Translations under genes and position numbers: made by a program
From: a bacterium
Lineage (GTDB): Bacteria; Electryoneota; Electryoneia; Electryoneales; Electryoneaceae
Direction of reading: 5' to 3'
Assembly: GCA_020444265.1 (NCBI GenBank)
Contig: JAHLLH010000002.1
Coordinates: 297,033 to 361,032 of the forward strand
Length of the DNA: 64,000 bases
Shown here: piece after piece, positions 40,501 to 49,323 of the stretch
Position numbering within the stretch: position 1 is the stretch's first letter
Layout: the number at the start of each line of letters is the position of its first letter
The notes under the pieces: model-generated
The model's database searches: none
What the model was told of the DNA's origin: nothing
The model's input: only the letters and a program-made list of their open reading frames with translations

Positions 40501-40641
40501 ACCACGTTGGTCAACGACAACCTCGCCCAGGGCCGCTACAACGCCAGCCTCAACGCGAACACGTTGTCCTCGGGTACCTATTTCGTGGTGATGAAGAGCA
40601 GCGGCTTCAACAAGATCCAGAAGATTGTCCTGCTGAAGTAA
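37588..40641 (+). CDS. Large secreted T9SS cargo protein: LVIVD-type beta-propeller repeats, cohesin-like, CarbopepD_reg-like, dockerin-like, cohesin-like, T9SS C-terminal sorting domain
   Basis: Signal peptide MKKIVVFFTMAALLVGFAAVASA. Repeated ...YAYVGDASGIFAVYDVSDPTTPT... LVIVD-like repeats. Cohesin-like TVLTGDTACVPVTVTSFSDVSTLELYINFHP. GVTVDLTGDATASTTTDENGDYSF (CarbopepD_reg-like). Dockerin-like ASDVDGGTTVSTIDAYKIQRVIV. C-terminal EWALRPAYPNPFNAYTTISFDV...GTYFVVMK...KIVLLK = Por/T9SS CTD. Confidence 0.85.
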   Translation: MKKIVVFFTMAALLVGFAAVASAGQFSKTPLDPFNSKRGNVTERTGLGENAVDVVGVNIDSVGVYNFTDFVNGIVYLDGLLYIGAETNGLQILDASDPTSLSLEGSENTYDVTGVAVSGGYAYVGDASGIFAVYDVSDPTTPTVHGAASTVSEPLLTVTVDGGYAYCGSSSGTLYIFDISDPSSPTLSGSLTFASEYAYNVVVEGDTAFVANGKFAFGGDISGLRIVDVTDRTTPTLINSIDFPSTSIVQGVAIDNDLAYITWASTTSGGGLEVYDVSDVDNPTSYGSYAYGDEMRSIAIQGDYAVISAGYSGVMVLDITDAGNDNFSETGSYIAWDYCDQLVVNGGDFFNNASASTIAFDGSAAGLAASVTPSNSLTLDAITSSAFPAVDVDVTVVDQDLAAVTGLTSSEFTISEDASGQTITNVADNGSGSYTISYTTSNTTEDGSSRSVTVDLDNGGLTDSATDSYTAPTAAATELTIGTPTVLTGDTACVPVTVTSFSDVSTLELYINFHPSVVSFDTLTSVPMDEPVFNAAADSVFRVTWSSVTPITLSDGDTLFCMYWVNDALASGDTTIFDWDSGSSFLADSDASVFTGVTYNDGWLAGLTLMNISGNIAYNTNGNVVDGVTVDLTGDATASTTTDENGDYSFSDLEPGTYYVTPSYEVEGHTSVNALDVFRIQQHIATDPSFTDGFQYVASDVDGGTTVSTIDAYKIQRVIVVLDTNFTRGDWNFIPTNYGTNTSNWDSAWDEWAVGLVTDDVTGVNFDGVRIGDVNNTWPNNFVAAKTGNEEVSGNLYLTDATVNPGEATTVELRANGLAEVGVVEFHIEYDPEMISLEDMDLSALPGAVSSDVDGEIHVVWVNVQSALPCDDRTLATFEFQAAETSGASEITLNDVVMGNSQGHELNPAVDNGTVTVSATTSLEGDNALVTEWALRPAYPNPFNAYTTISFDVKDASNVRIQVYNVLGDLVTTLVNDNLAQGRYNASLNANTLSSGTYFVVMKSSGFNKIQKIVLLK

Positions 40642-40839
40642 TGTCCATGTGCTGTTGGCCCGCACAATCCCGTGCGGGCCAACAGCCTTTTGTTTTATCG
40701 TCGTAGATATGGACTCTGCACGGTTTGGGAAGATGGTTCAGAATCGTGTGGGTCTGGGGGGAACCTCGTGAAGAAGCTGTTCAAGGTAGATATGAATGTT
40801 GCAGATGGTATTGCTGATTCGATTGGGAGGAAGCCGGAG

Positions 40840-43800
40840 ATGAACAGGCTATCGATTGTGTTGCTAACCCTGGCGTTGGTTGTCTCGGCCTCCTTTGCCG
40901 AAAACCGGCACGGTAACAGCCAAGTGCAATCCTCCGGTCAGCAGATGAAACGGTCTGATGAGTCAGGTCGGAATGTTGGGCCCTCGACAGAAAGCCTCGA
41001 TAGCGTTGAGGATAATTTTAATTTTCTCTTGACGAACAGCTATGAGACAGCAGGTCGTCTTCACTTCAACAGCTTCGTAGGTGATTATCTCTATGGGACG
41101 ATCACGTCTACACCGGGATTTTTTATCTTTGACATCTCCGATCCTGATACCATCGCGCCTATTGGTTCCGCACATGATATCCCGTTGGGACCCAACGAGT
41201 ACTTAGACCAGCTTGATTCGGGCAATGGTCGTGTCTACGTGCTAACGTCCGAAGACAGGTTGCTCATCTTTGATGTATCCAATCCTGCTGATGTATCGCT
41301 GACTAGTTCCACCACCATCGGTGGAAATATTACCTACATGGTCGCGAATGGGAATATTGTCTATTTTTCCACGTGGGGTCTTTTCCCGGATTATGTCTCA
41401 CAACTGATTGTATATGACGCAACCAATGCAGCATCTCCTGTCCTTGCGGATCAGCTTGCCATGTATGACCGCGGCGGAATGCTGCTGCAAGGAAATTATC
41501 TCTACTACCTTCAGTCTAATGATGATCTTTGGATCTACGATATTTCCGATCCGTACAATGTCACGGAAGCTGGCAGTTATACGGGTTGGGATTCCTTCTC
41601 GGGCCTACGTCTTGCTGGTGACAGATTGTATTGGCCCGGCGCAGCCATTGAAGGTGATGACCCTAGAATTGGCGTGTTCGACCTCACTTCCCCTACTTCA
41701 CCAGTTTACCTCACCTCCATTCTGGGTGGCTATACCAGCACTCCAGACGTGACAGCGTATGGCGATCACATTGTGGTTACAAATTCAGTAGAAGACACAA
41801 CTTATATGCGGGTTGTTGATGTAAGCGACCTGGCAAACGATAACTATTCGCAGACGGGTTACTACGAGAGAGCTGTTGATGGTTACTCTCGCACCTATTT
41901 TAATGGAGACCGTGCATACGACTATGGATATGAGGGTGCCGGGTTTGTGCTGGAGGTTCTTAATTTTGCCGCTGCGCTGGGCGATTCATTATCGTTTACT
42001 GTTGCGAACATTGACACCAGCTCCTTTCCGCTTGTCTCGTTTGAACTGACTGTTACCGACAGTAGTGGTTCGGCCGTTACAGGTGTGAACACATCAGACG
42101 TTCAGCTATCCGAAGATGGAGTTGTTCTGTCCAATGTTGCGGTTTCCCAACTTGGTGATGGGGTCTATCAAGTTTTCTTTCAGCCTGACAACGATACGTA
42201 TGATGGTGCTGTTCGTCAGATCGATTTGTTTGTCGAGACAACCCATCCATTCGGTGGAACCAGCCTTAGCTATACCGCTCCGCCACCAGAGGTCTACCTG
42301 GCATTAGACAACACGGATGTATCCAGCTTCCCCGATCTGCACGTCACCGTTACAGTCACAGACGAGACTGAGGGTGGGGTCACCGGATTAACATCCGGCA
42401 GCTTTGTTGTCAAAGAAGATGAGATCGACCAGGCTACCGTTTTGGTGGATGACCTGGGGGATGGCAGCTACGACGTGTCATATTACACATCCAATGCGGC
42501 GTTTGATGAGACGGTACGTCAGGTTCAGCTTGTTGTAAATCACAACACCGTCGCGGACACCATCGACACCCAGTACACTGCGCCTGGTCCCGAACTGCAT
42601 GTCGCGATCAACCATGTGGATGGGTCCACCTTCCCGACCGTCACCAACTACCTCAAGGTGAACGATGAGTTGGGGCAGCATGTGCCCGGCCTGATTGCCG
42701 CCAATGTCGATCTCGAAGAGGATGGGGTGGCGCACAGTCTTGAGAGTGTGAACGAGACGAACACGGCAGGCCGTGCGGCAACCAGTCTGATGCTGAACTT
42801 CCGTTCTTCGATGACACCGGAAGCGATCGAGCAGATGCGCGTCGGTGCTCGCACCTACATACGCAATTTCGCGCCAGGCGATACCGGTCTGGTCGGTACC
42901 TACGCGGGTGCGCTGGGCAATGTCAGCAACCTGACGTCCGACACCACCGCCCTGATGTCCATCGTCAACTCGACCCACAATGGCTTGACGGTGGGTAGCT
43001 ACTTGATTGATGACATTCAATTCGCAGGTGCCGCCGTCAACTTCACCTCTGCGGACAAAGCAGTGATCATCGTCGCCGACAGCGCCGATGATGGGCGAAG
43101 TGTGACATCGCTGTCTGACCTCTACGCCAACCTTCGTGCCGCGAATGTCCGTGTCTTTCCCATCGGGATCGGAAGCATGGTGGATGCCTCGTTTATGCAG
43201 GCTCTCGCCGACACCTCCGGTGGACGGTACTATCAGGTGAGTCATCCCGACTCGTTACCCGGCATCTTCAAGCAGATTTCGACCATCATGCAGAGTAACT
43301 ACGAGGTCGCCTACCAGACTCAGAACGACGTCAGCGATGGCAGCGAACGTGCTGTGCAGCTAACCGTCACGCAAGATGACCTTTCCGACAGCGCGGACAG
43401 CGGCTACACCGCGCCGAATCCGCCGACTCTCGCCATTGGCGAGGTCAGCGTGGTTCCCGGCGATAGCGTGAAAGTGCCCGTGACTGTCAGCTCGTTTACC
43501 AATGTCAGCGTGATCGAATTCTACATCCACTACGATCCAACGGCCCTCTCCTTTGGACGTGTGAGCAGCGCTGCGATGGATGCGCCGGTCCACAACGCGC
43601 CCGACGAAACAGAGATGTTCATCTTGACCTGGTCCTCGATCAGCCCGATTACCCTGAACGACGGCGATACCCTGATGCACCTGCATTTCGCGACGGATAA
43701 CCTGGGCTTCGAGGAGGTGACCCCGGTGATCTGGGCGGAGGCGGACAGCAGCTATCTCGCCAACTACAATGGACGTGTCTTCGCAGGAACCGCGCTTGAG

Positions 43801-45060
43801 GACGGTTCGGTCACTGGGTTGTCGATTATGACCGTTTCCGGCGCGGTCAGCTACTATTCGAACGACATCGCCCTCGATGGGGTGACAGTCGATCTCGCGG
43901 GGGATACGACCCTGACGACGACTACCGACAGCGACGGTAACTACAGCTTCCTGGAAATCCGGCCTGGTTCCTACACCGTGACCCCCAGCTTGAACGATGA
44001 GAGCGGGCATCCAGGGGTGAGTACGCTGGATGCCTACCGTATCCAGCAGCATGTTGCCAGCATCGACCCCTTCACGACGGGCTATGACCTGTTTGCATCG
44101 GAAGTGAACGGCGCTGATGGGGTGAACACGGTCGATGCCTACCAGATCCAGCGTGTGATTGTCGGACTGGACGAAGCGTTCGCCGCAGGCGATTGGGCTT
44201 TTGTCAGCAGCCATTACCCGATGAACAGCGACAACTGGGCGGATGCCGACCAGCTCAACAGCTTCACCCTGACCGATACCGACAGCCTTGATCAGGATTT
44301 CTACGGCCACCGAGTCGGGGATGCCAACGGTACCTGGCCCTCCTACTTCCCGGGGCCGAGTAAAAACGAAGACTTCAGAGGTATTGTCAGCCTCGCAGAT
44401 GCTGCCGTCCAGCCGGATGGAGTGGTCACCGTCGAGCTTACGGCCTCAGAAATGCCGCCGATCGGGTCGGTGGAAGCGCACATCGCGTTCGATCCTAATG
44501 TGATCGAGTTGGTGGAGATGAACTTCGACGCGCTCGAGGGCGCGGTCGCCTTTGCAACCGACAGCACGATCAGCGTCAGCTGGTTCAACATCAACGAGCC
44601 GTTGCATGCCACCGATCTCGTGTTGGGCAGCTTCCAGTTCGAAGCGGTGGGTCCGCTCAACAGCGAAAGCGCGCTTGACTTGTACCGTGTCGAATTCGGT
44701 ACCGAGCTGGGTGAGAAGCTGTTCACGGAGGTCAGCGACGGTTCGGTGTCCATCACCAACGATCTCGGTGTGGACTACCAGGGCGCGGAGCTGGTGACCG
44801 ATTGGGCCCTGCGTCCCGCCTACCCGAACCCCTTTAACGCCTATACGACCCTCTCCTTCGACATGAAGGAGACCAGTCGTGTCCAGATCCGTGTCTACAA
44901 CATCCTCGGCGATCTGGTGGCGACGCTGGTGGAAGGATCGCTGCCGAAGGGTCGGTATGCTTCGAGTGTCAATGCGCAAGCGTGGTCGTCCGGCACCTAT
45001 TTCGTTGTGATGAAGACCAGCGGCTTTAACAAAGTCCAGAAGATCGTGCTTCTGAAGTAG
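40840..45060 (+). CDS. Large secreted T9SS cargo protein (paralog): LVIVD-like repeats, Ig-like repeats, vWA-like domain, cohesin-like, CarbopepD_reg-like, dockerin-like, cohesin-like, T9SS CTD
   Basis: Start at MNRLSIVLLTLALVVSASFA (signal peptide) with AGGAAG RBS. vWA-like segment (...AVIIVADSADDGRS..., TSGGRYYQV...SLPGIFKQI). Cohesin-like GDSVKVPVTVSSFTNVSVIEFYIHYDP. Dockerin-like SEVNGADGVNTVDAYQIQRVIV. CTD DWALRPAYPNPFNAYTTLSFDM...KIVLLK. Confidence 0.85.
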   Translation: MNRLSIVLLTLALVVSASFAENRHGNSQVQSSGQQMKRSDESGRNVGPSTESLDSVEDNFNFLLTNSYETAGRLHFNSFVGDYLYGTITSTPGFFIFDISDPDTIAPIGSAHDIPLGPNEYLDQLDSGNGRVYVLTSEDRLLIFDVSNPADVSLTSSTTIGGNITYMVANGNIVYFSTWGLFPDYVSQLIVYDATNAASPVLADQLAMYDRGGMLLQGNYLYYLQSNDDLWIYDISDPYNVTEAGSYTGWDSFSGLRLAGDRLYWPGAAIEGDDPRIGVFDLTSPTSPVYLTSILGGYTSTPDVTAYGDHIVVTNSVEDTTYMRVVDVSDLANDNYSQTGYYERAVDGYSRTYFNGDRAYDYGYEGAGFVLEVLNFAAALGDSLSFTVANIDTSSFPLVSFELTVTDSSGSAVTGVNTSDVQLSEDGVVLSNVAVSQLGDGVYQVFFQPDNDTYDGAVRQIDLFVETTHPFGGTSLSYTAPPPEVYLALDNTDVSSFPDLHVTVTVTDETEGGVTGLTSGSFVVKEDEIDQATVLVDDLGDGSYDVSYYTSNAAFDETVRQVQLVVNHNTVADTIDTQYTAPGPELHVAINHVDGSTFPTVTNYLKVNDELGQHVPGLIAANVDLEEDGVAHSLESVNETNTAGRAATSLMLNFRSSMTPEAIEQMRVGARTYIRNFAPGDTGLVGTYAGALGNVSNLTSDTTALMSIVNSTHNGLTVGSYLIDDIQFAGAAVNFTSADKAVIIVADSADDGRSVTSLSDLYANLRAANVRVFPIGIGSMVDASFMQALADTSGGRYYQVSHPDSLPGIFKQISTIMQSNYEVAYQTQNDVSDGSERAVQLTVTQDDLSDSADSGYTAPNPPTLAIGEVSVVPGDSVKVPVTVSSFTNVSVIEFYIHYDPTALSFGRVSSAAMDAPVHNAPDETEMFILTWSSISPITLNDGDTLMHLHFATDNLGFEEVTPVIWAEADSSYLANYNGRVFAGTALEDGSVTGLSIMTVSGAVSYYSNDIALDGVTVDLAGDTTLTTTTDSDGNYSFLEIRPGSYTVTPSLNDESGHPGVSTLDAYRIQQHVASIDPFTTGYDLFASEVNGADGVNTVDAYQIQRVIVGLDEAFAAGDWAFVSSHYPMNSDNWADADQLNSFTLTDTDSLDQDFYGHRVGDANGTWPSYFPGPSKNEDFRGIVSLADAAVQPDGVVTVELTASEMPPIGSVEAHIAFDPNVIELVEMNFDALEGAVAFATDSTISVSWFNINEPLHATDLVLGSFQFEAVGPLNSESALDLYRVEFGTELGEKLFTEVSDGSVSITNDLGVDYQGAELVTDWALRPAYPNPFNAYTTLSFDMKETSRVQIRVYNILGDLVATLVEGSLPKGRYASSVNAQAWSSGTYFVVMKTSGFNKVQKIVLLK

Positions 45061-45251
45061 GCGAGAGATTAAAGGAGAGAGCGTTCCCTTCACATGTGAA
45101 ATCCCCGATGTGATTGAAACGTAGGGCAATAGATACGCCCTAAAGAGTTAGGTGTTTCTAAGATTTTCAAAAAAAATCGTGCGCCCATGACTTCGATATG
45201 CGAAGGGGGGAATGCACGCATGGGAAAGTACTTGGGACAAGTGAGGTGGTC

Positions 45252-48200
45252 ATGAACAAGCTGAAGATTGGTGTATTGCTTGCGGCTTTCACCCTGTTCG
45301 CCGTCACGATGACGGCGGATGTAGCGAACGCTGCTGGAGGTCAGAACAGTCACGTGAGTGGAACATCGTTAACAAAAAGAAGCCATACCGGATCTGGGTC
45401 CACAGTGGGGCTCGATGACATTGAGAGTAATATCTCCTTGCTCGGGTCCGTTGACTTGCCTTCACAGCCCTACGCGGTGGATGTGCAGGGTACGTACGCT
45501 TTTGTCGCTTGTGACGTAGACGGACTCCTGATCTATGATCTTTCGAATACCGCATCTCCCACCTTGGTGGATCAGGTCACGGACATGAGCGGATCATACG
45601 ATGTGGTGGTACGGGGTGACTACGCCTATGTCGCGGACTATGAGGGTCTGTTCATTGTTGATGTGTCCGACCCGACTAACGCCAGTCTGGCAGGATCACT
45701 CCTGTCGAGCTTCCCCTATTACGGAGTGGATGCATCGGGTGACTATGCCTATGTCACCATCTCCCAGGGTGCGCTCTGGGTGATTGATGTTTCCAACCCT
45801 TCTAGCCCCTCGATGGTAGGTAACCTGACACTCCCGGAAGCTAATCCGGGCGCCATCTCATACCAGAATGATTATGTCTACATCTGCGATGGAGCGAGTG
45901 GACTAGTTACAGTGGATGTCTCAACGCCCAGTTCTCCAAGTGCGGCAGATACGTTAAGTCTGGCAGGGACACCGCTGGATGTATCAGCGTTTGGTGACCA
46001 CCTCATCGTGGCAATTAGCGGTTCATACATAGCAATTGATATAGCGACTCCATCCGAACCAACTCACCTTTTCTCGACGTCGGTCAGTCCCCTGGGTGCG
46101 GTTAGCTTAATAGAGAATACTGCAGTCATTATGGGAACATCCGCAAGCAACAACTATGTCGCGATCTTCACACAGTCAAATTGGACCTACTCAAGTGAAG
46201 ATGGGTATTATAACCCTGATAGTAATGAACCATTTGTAGACGGGGAGCTGGTGGGTACGACCTATATTTGCGCGATTTCCCAAACAACTCTCTATATGCT
46301 GGATGCCTCCGCTGCATTGGGAGGCTATCAAACATCCTATACCGTAACCCTGAACAACATTGATACGTCGGCTTTTCCGCAACTTACTTGCAGTGTCACC
46401 GTGGAGGACGGAAGCTCCAATCCTGTCACCGGCCTGACCGCTTCAAATTTCAGCCTGACCGAGGACGATGCCAGCCAGTCCCTGGCCTCGTTTACCGAAC
46501 AGGGTAGCGGCAGCTATGATATCGTTTACACAACCGCCAACTCGGCCACAGACGGTTCCAGCCATGCGGTTGAGGTAAACGTGACGAATGGTTTTGCCTC
46601 GGGATCGGACACAGAATCCTATAACGCGCCACTGGTCTACGATGTCACCATTGACGCCATTGATGCGAGCGCTTTCCCCGTCGTTACCAGCACGGTGTCG
46701 GTCCTGATCGGCGGCAGCCCCTATGCGGGTTTGACTGCGGCTGATTTTGCGTTGTCCGAGGATAATTCCGATCAAACATTGACTTCCGCTACAGCCGTCA
46801 GCGACAGTTATGAACTGGTCTACACGACATCAAACGCCGCTGAAGATGGTTCCAACCGGGCAGTCGCTGTGAGCATGACCAACGGGACAGGGTCGGATGA
46901 AAGTTCCTACACGGCACCCGAGGCGTACGGCGTTACGGTCGATGCCCTGGATGCCAGCGGTTTTCCGGCGATCAGCGCGACGGTTACCGTGCTTGGTTTC
47001 GACGAAACCCCGGTGTCCGGATTGACCCTGTCGGACTTCTCCCTGTCCGAAGATGATGCAAGCCAGACCCTGGCTTCAGCGACCGAGCAGGGCGACAACA
47101 GCTACATTCTTGTCTATACCACCTCCGGTACTGATGAAGACGGGACCAGTAGAACCGTTGATGTGAATGTAGATGATGGAAGCGGTAGTGGATCGGCGAG
47201 CGGTTCCTACACGGCACCGGAAACCTACACGGTTTCCATCGACAATCTTGACGAGTCTGCCTTCCCGCAGATTACCGGTACGATCTCCGTTCTGCATTTC
47301 AACGGTGATCCTGTGGCCGGATTGAGCATGTCGGACTTCTCACTGTCGGAGGATGAAGCAAGCCAGACCCTGACATCTGTAACCGAAGAGGAGGACAATA
47401 GCTACACCGTTGTCTACTCGACAAGCAATCCGGCGGAAGATGGCAGCACCCGCACCGTGGAGGTGGCGGTCAGTCATGATGACAGGTCCGATTCGGGGGA
47501 TGGCAGCTACCAGGCGCCGCAGGTTCCCGGACTAGTCATCAGCGATGAAATTATTCTGATCGGCGAGGTTGTCGATGTACCCGTGACGGTTGCGAACTTC
47601 CACAACATCTCCGTGCTCGAGCTGTATATCGATTACGATACGTCGAAGCTGACCTTCTCCGATCTCGTTCAGGACAACATCAACGGTGCTGTCTTTAACG
47701 ACAACGAGGGTACGGTCATCTTTTCGTGGTTCTCGACCACGCCATTGGATCTCATGGACGACGATACGCTATTTACGCTTCAGTTTGAGACGGACGGTCT
47801 GGTCAACGGCGAAACCACAGATCTGACTTGGGGTGAAGCATCCTACATGGCAGACTTCGATGCCATTGTATTCCAGGAAGATGCCTTCATTGATGGTTCC
47901 GTGCATGGTATTTCGACTGCGATCATCTCTGGTTCGCTTTCCTACTTCACCAGCGAAATCGCCTTGCAGGGTGGTACGGTTAACTTGACCGGTGACACGA
48001 CCCTTGCGGCGACCAGCGATGAAAATGGGAGCTTTCTCTTCGAGGATATTCTGCCCGGGTCCTACATGGTCTCGGCAGAGATGAGCGATGAGGGCCATCC
48101 CGGGGTCAACACTCTCGATGCCTACCGTATCCAGGTCTCCCTGGATGAGATCAATCCCTTCGAAACCGGCTACCAGTCCTATGCGGCCGATGTGGATCAG

Positions 48201-49148
48201 TCCGCACTGGTCAACACGATGGATGCGTACAAGATCCAGCGCGTCGTGGTGGGGCTGGATGAGGGCTTTGATGCGGGCGAGTGGGCCTTCATCAGCAGCA
48301 GTTACGGGATGACGACCGAGAACTGGGCCGATGCGGAGCTGTTACGCAGCTTCAGCCTGATGGGTGTCGACAGCACCGACCAGAACTTCTATGGTGTCCG
48401 TCTCGGTGATGCCAACAACACCTGGCCCAGCCTCTTTATCGAGAACGATGAGGAAGAAGAGATCATCGGTAGCATGACCATCGCCGAAGCAGTTGTTAGC
48501 CCGGGTGGGACCGCTACAGTCGAACTGCGTGCTGAAGGGCTGATGGATCTTGGTGTGATCGAATACCACATCGAGTTTGACCCCACCGTGGTGTCGTTGC
48601 AGAGCTATGATCTGGCAGCGCTTGGTGGAGCCATTGCTTCAACGACGGACAGCACGATCAATGTCAGCTGGTTCGATATCCAGACCCCGCTCAACTGCGG
48701 CGACCGTATCCTCGGTAGCTTCACCTTCCAGGCGGTCAACGAAGTCAACGTGCAGAGCGACCTCGAGCTGACCAGCGTGGTGCTTGGTGATGCCAACGGT
48801 ATCGAGCTGTTCACCGAGCAGAACGATGGTTCGATCATGGTCAGCAATACGATGGGGGTCAACTACCAGGGTGCCGAACTGGTGACCGACTGGGCGCTGC
48901 GTCCCAGCTACCCGAACCCGTTCAACGCGTACACGACCCTCTCCTTCGATGTGAAGGATGCCGCCGAGGTGCAGATCCATGTTTACAACGTCCTCGGTGA
49001 CCTGGTCACCACCCTCGTGCAGGGCAACCTGCCGAAGGGCCGTTACACGAAGAGTGTCAACGCCCAGAACTGGTCGTCCGGCACCTACTTCGTCGTGATG
49101 AAGAGCCAGGCCTTCAACAAGGTGCAGAAGATTGTTCTGTTGAAGTAA
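45252..49148 (+). CDS. Large secreted T9SS cargo protein (paralog): LVIVD-like repeats, 4 tandem Ig-like repeats, cohesin-like, CarbopepD_reg-like, dockerin-like, cohesin-like, T9SS CTD
   Basis: Start MNKLKIGVLLAAFTLFAVTMTA with GAGGTGG RBS. YAFVACDVDGLLIYDLSNTASPT-type LVIVD repeats. Four ~98 aa repeats (...FSLSEDDASQTL...SYxxVYTTSN...DGSxRxV...). C-terminal half near-identical to next gene. CTD DWALRPSYPNPFNAYTTLSFDV...KIVLLK. Confidence 0.85.
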   Translation: MNKLKIGVLLAAFTLFAVTMTADVANAAGGQNSHVSGTSLTKRSHTGSGSTVGLDDIESNISLLGSVDLPSQPYAVDVQGTYAFVACDVDGLLIYDLSNTASPTLVDQVTDMSGSYDVVVRGDYAYVADYEGLFIVDVSDPTNASLAGSLLSSFPYYGVDASGDYAYVTISQGALWVIDVSNPSSPSMVGNLTLPEANPGAISYQNDYVYICDGASGLVTVDVSTPSSPSAADTLSLAGTPLDVSAFGDHLIVAISGSYIAIDIATPSEPTHLFSTSVSPLGAVSLIENTAVIMGTSASNNYVAIFTQSNWTYSSEDGYYNPDSNEPFVDGELVGTTYICAISQTTLYMLDASAALGGYQTSYTVTLNNIDTSAFPQLTCSVTVEDGSSNPVTGLTASNFSLTEDDASQSLASFTEQGSGSYDIVYTTANSATDGSSHAVEVNVTNGFASGSDTESYNAPLVYDVTIDAIDASAFPVVTSTVSVLIGGSPYAGLTAADFALSEDNSDQTLTSATAVSDSYELVYTTSNAAEDGSNRAVAVSMTNGTGSDESSYTAPEAYGVTVDALDASGFPAISATVTVLGFDETPVSGLTLSDFSLSEDDASQTLASATEQGDNSYILVYTTSGTDEDGTSRTVDVNVDDGSGSGSASGSYTAPETYTVSIDNLDESAFPQITGTISVLHFNGDPVAGLSMSDFSLSEDEASQTLTSVTEEEDNSYTVVYSTSNPAEDGSTRTVEVAVSHDDRSDSGDGSYQAPQVPGLVISDEIILIGEVVDVPVTVANFHNISVLELYIDYDTSKLTFSDLVQDNINGAVFNDNEGTVIFSWFSTTPLDLMDDDTLFTLQFETDGLVNGETTDLTWGEASYMADFDAIVFQEDAFIDGSVHGISTAIISGSLSYFTSEIALQGGTVNLTGDTTLAATSDENGSFLFEDILPGSYMVSAEMSDEGHPGVNTLDAYRIQVSLDEINPFETGYQSYAADVDQSALVNTMDAYKIQRVVVGLDEGFDAGEWAFISSSYGMTTENWADAELLRSFSLMGVDSTDQNFYGVRLGDANNTWPSLFIENDEEEEIIGSMTIAEAVVSPGGTATVELRAEGLMDLGVIEYHIEFDPTVVSLQSYDLAALGGAIASTTDSTINVSWFDIQTPLNCGDRILGSFTFQAVNEVNVQSDLELTSVVLGDANGIELFTEQNDGSIMVSNTMGVNYQGAELVTDWALRPSYPNPFNAYTTLSFDVKDAAEVQIHVYNVLGDLVTTLVQGNLPKGRYTKSVNAQNWSSGTYFVVMKSQAFNKVQKIVLLK
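46338..47520. repeat. Intragenic tandem repeats (~295 bp x4) encoding Ig-like modules in 45252..49148
   Basis: Four consecutive protein repeats ...(A/S)FP.(I/V)T.T(V/I)(S/T)V.....P(V/Y).GL(T/S)..DF.LSED.ASQTL.S.TE....SY..VY(T/S)TSN...DG(S/T).R.V.V.... Confidence 0.7.
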
Positions 49149-49323
49149 ACCAAGTCTGTTCCCCGATTGGGTGCCGTTGGCCAGAGACGGTCAGCGGCAC
49201 CCAAAACGGGGTTGCAGCTACCTGTTCTACACGCTGTTCCGATTGGTAAACGTTTGAAAGCCTGCTCAATCCTGAAACGGGGGGATGCAGGAGATGAGAA
49301 GACTGGCAAGGAAAGACCTGAAG

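Noticed and set aside
39244-40665. 473-aa ORF on the minus strand (also 15500..16333, 19477..20514, 43360..44310, 51793..52554, 1097..1654 and many others listed in the six-frame track)
   Set aside because: All lie antisense to strongly supported long coding regions (NRPS or T9SS cargo genes) in high-GC DNA where stop codons are rare. Their translations are low-complexity Arg/Gly/Val/Asp-rich with no recognisable motifs and no RBS. Treated as spurious.
40672-40839. Upstream ATG extensions of cargo-gene ORFs (40672, 45198, 37573, 33938, 35471, 56166, 49285)
   Set aside because: The extensions lack signal peptides or overlap the preceding gene. Internal ATGs with SD-like motifs and immediate signal peptides (or conserved N-termini) give more plausible starts, which were used. 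49285 remains a possible alternative start.
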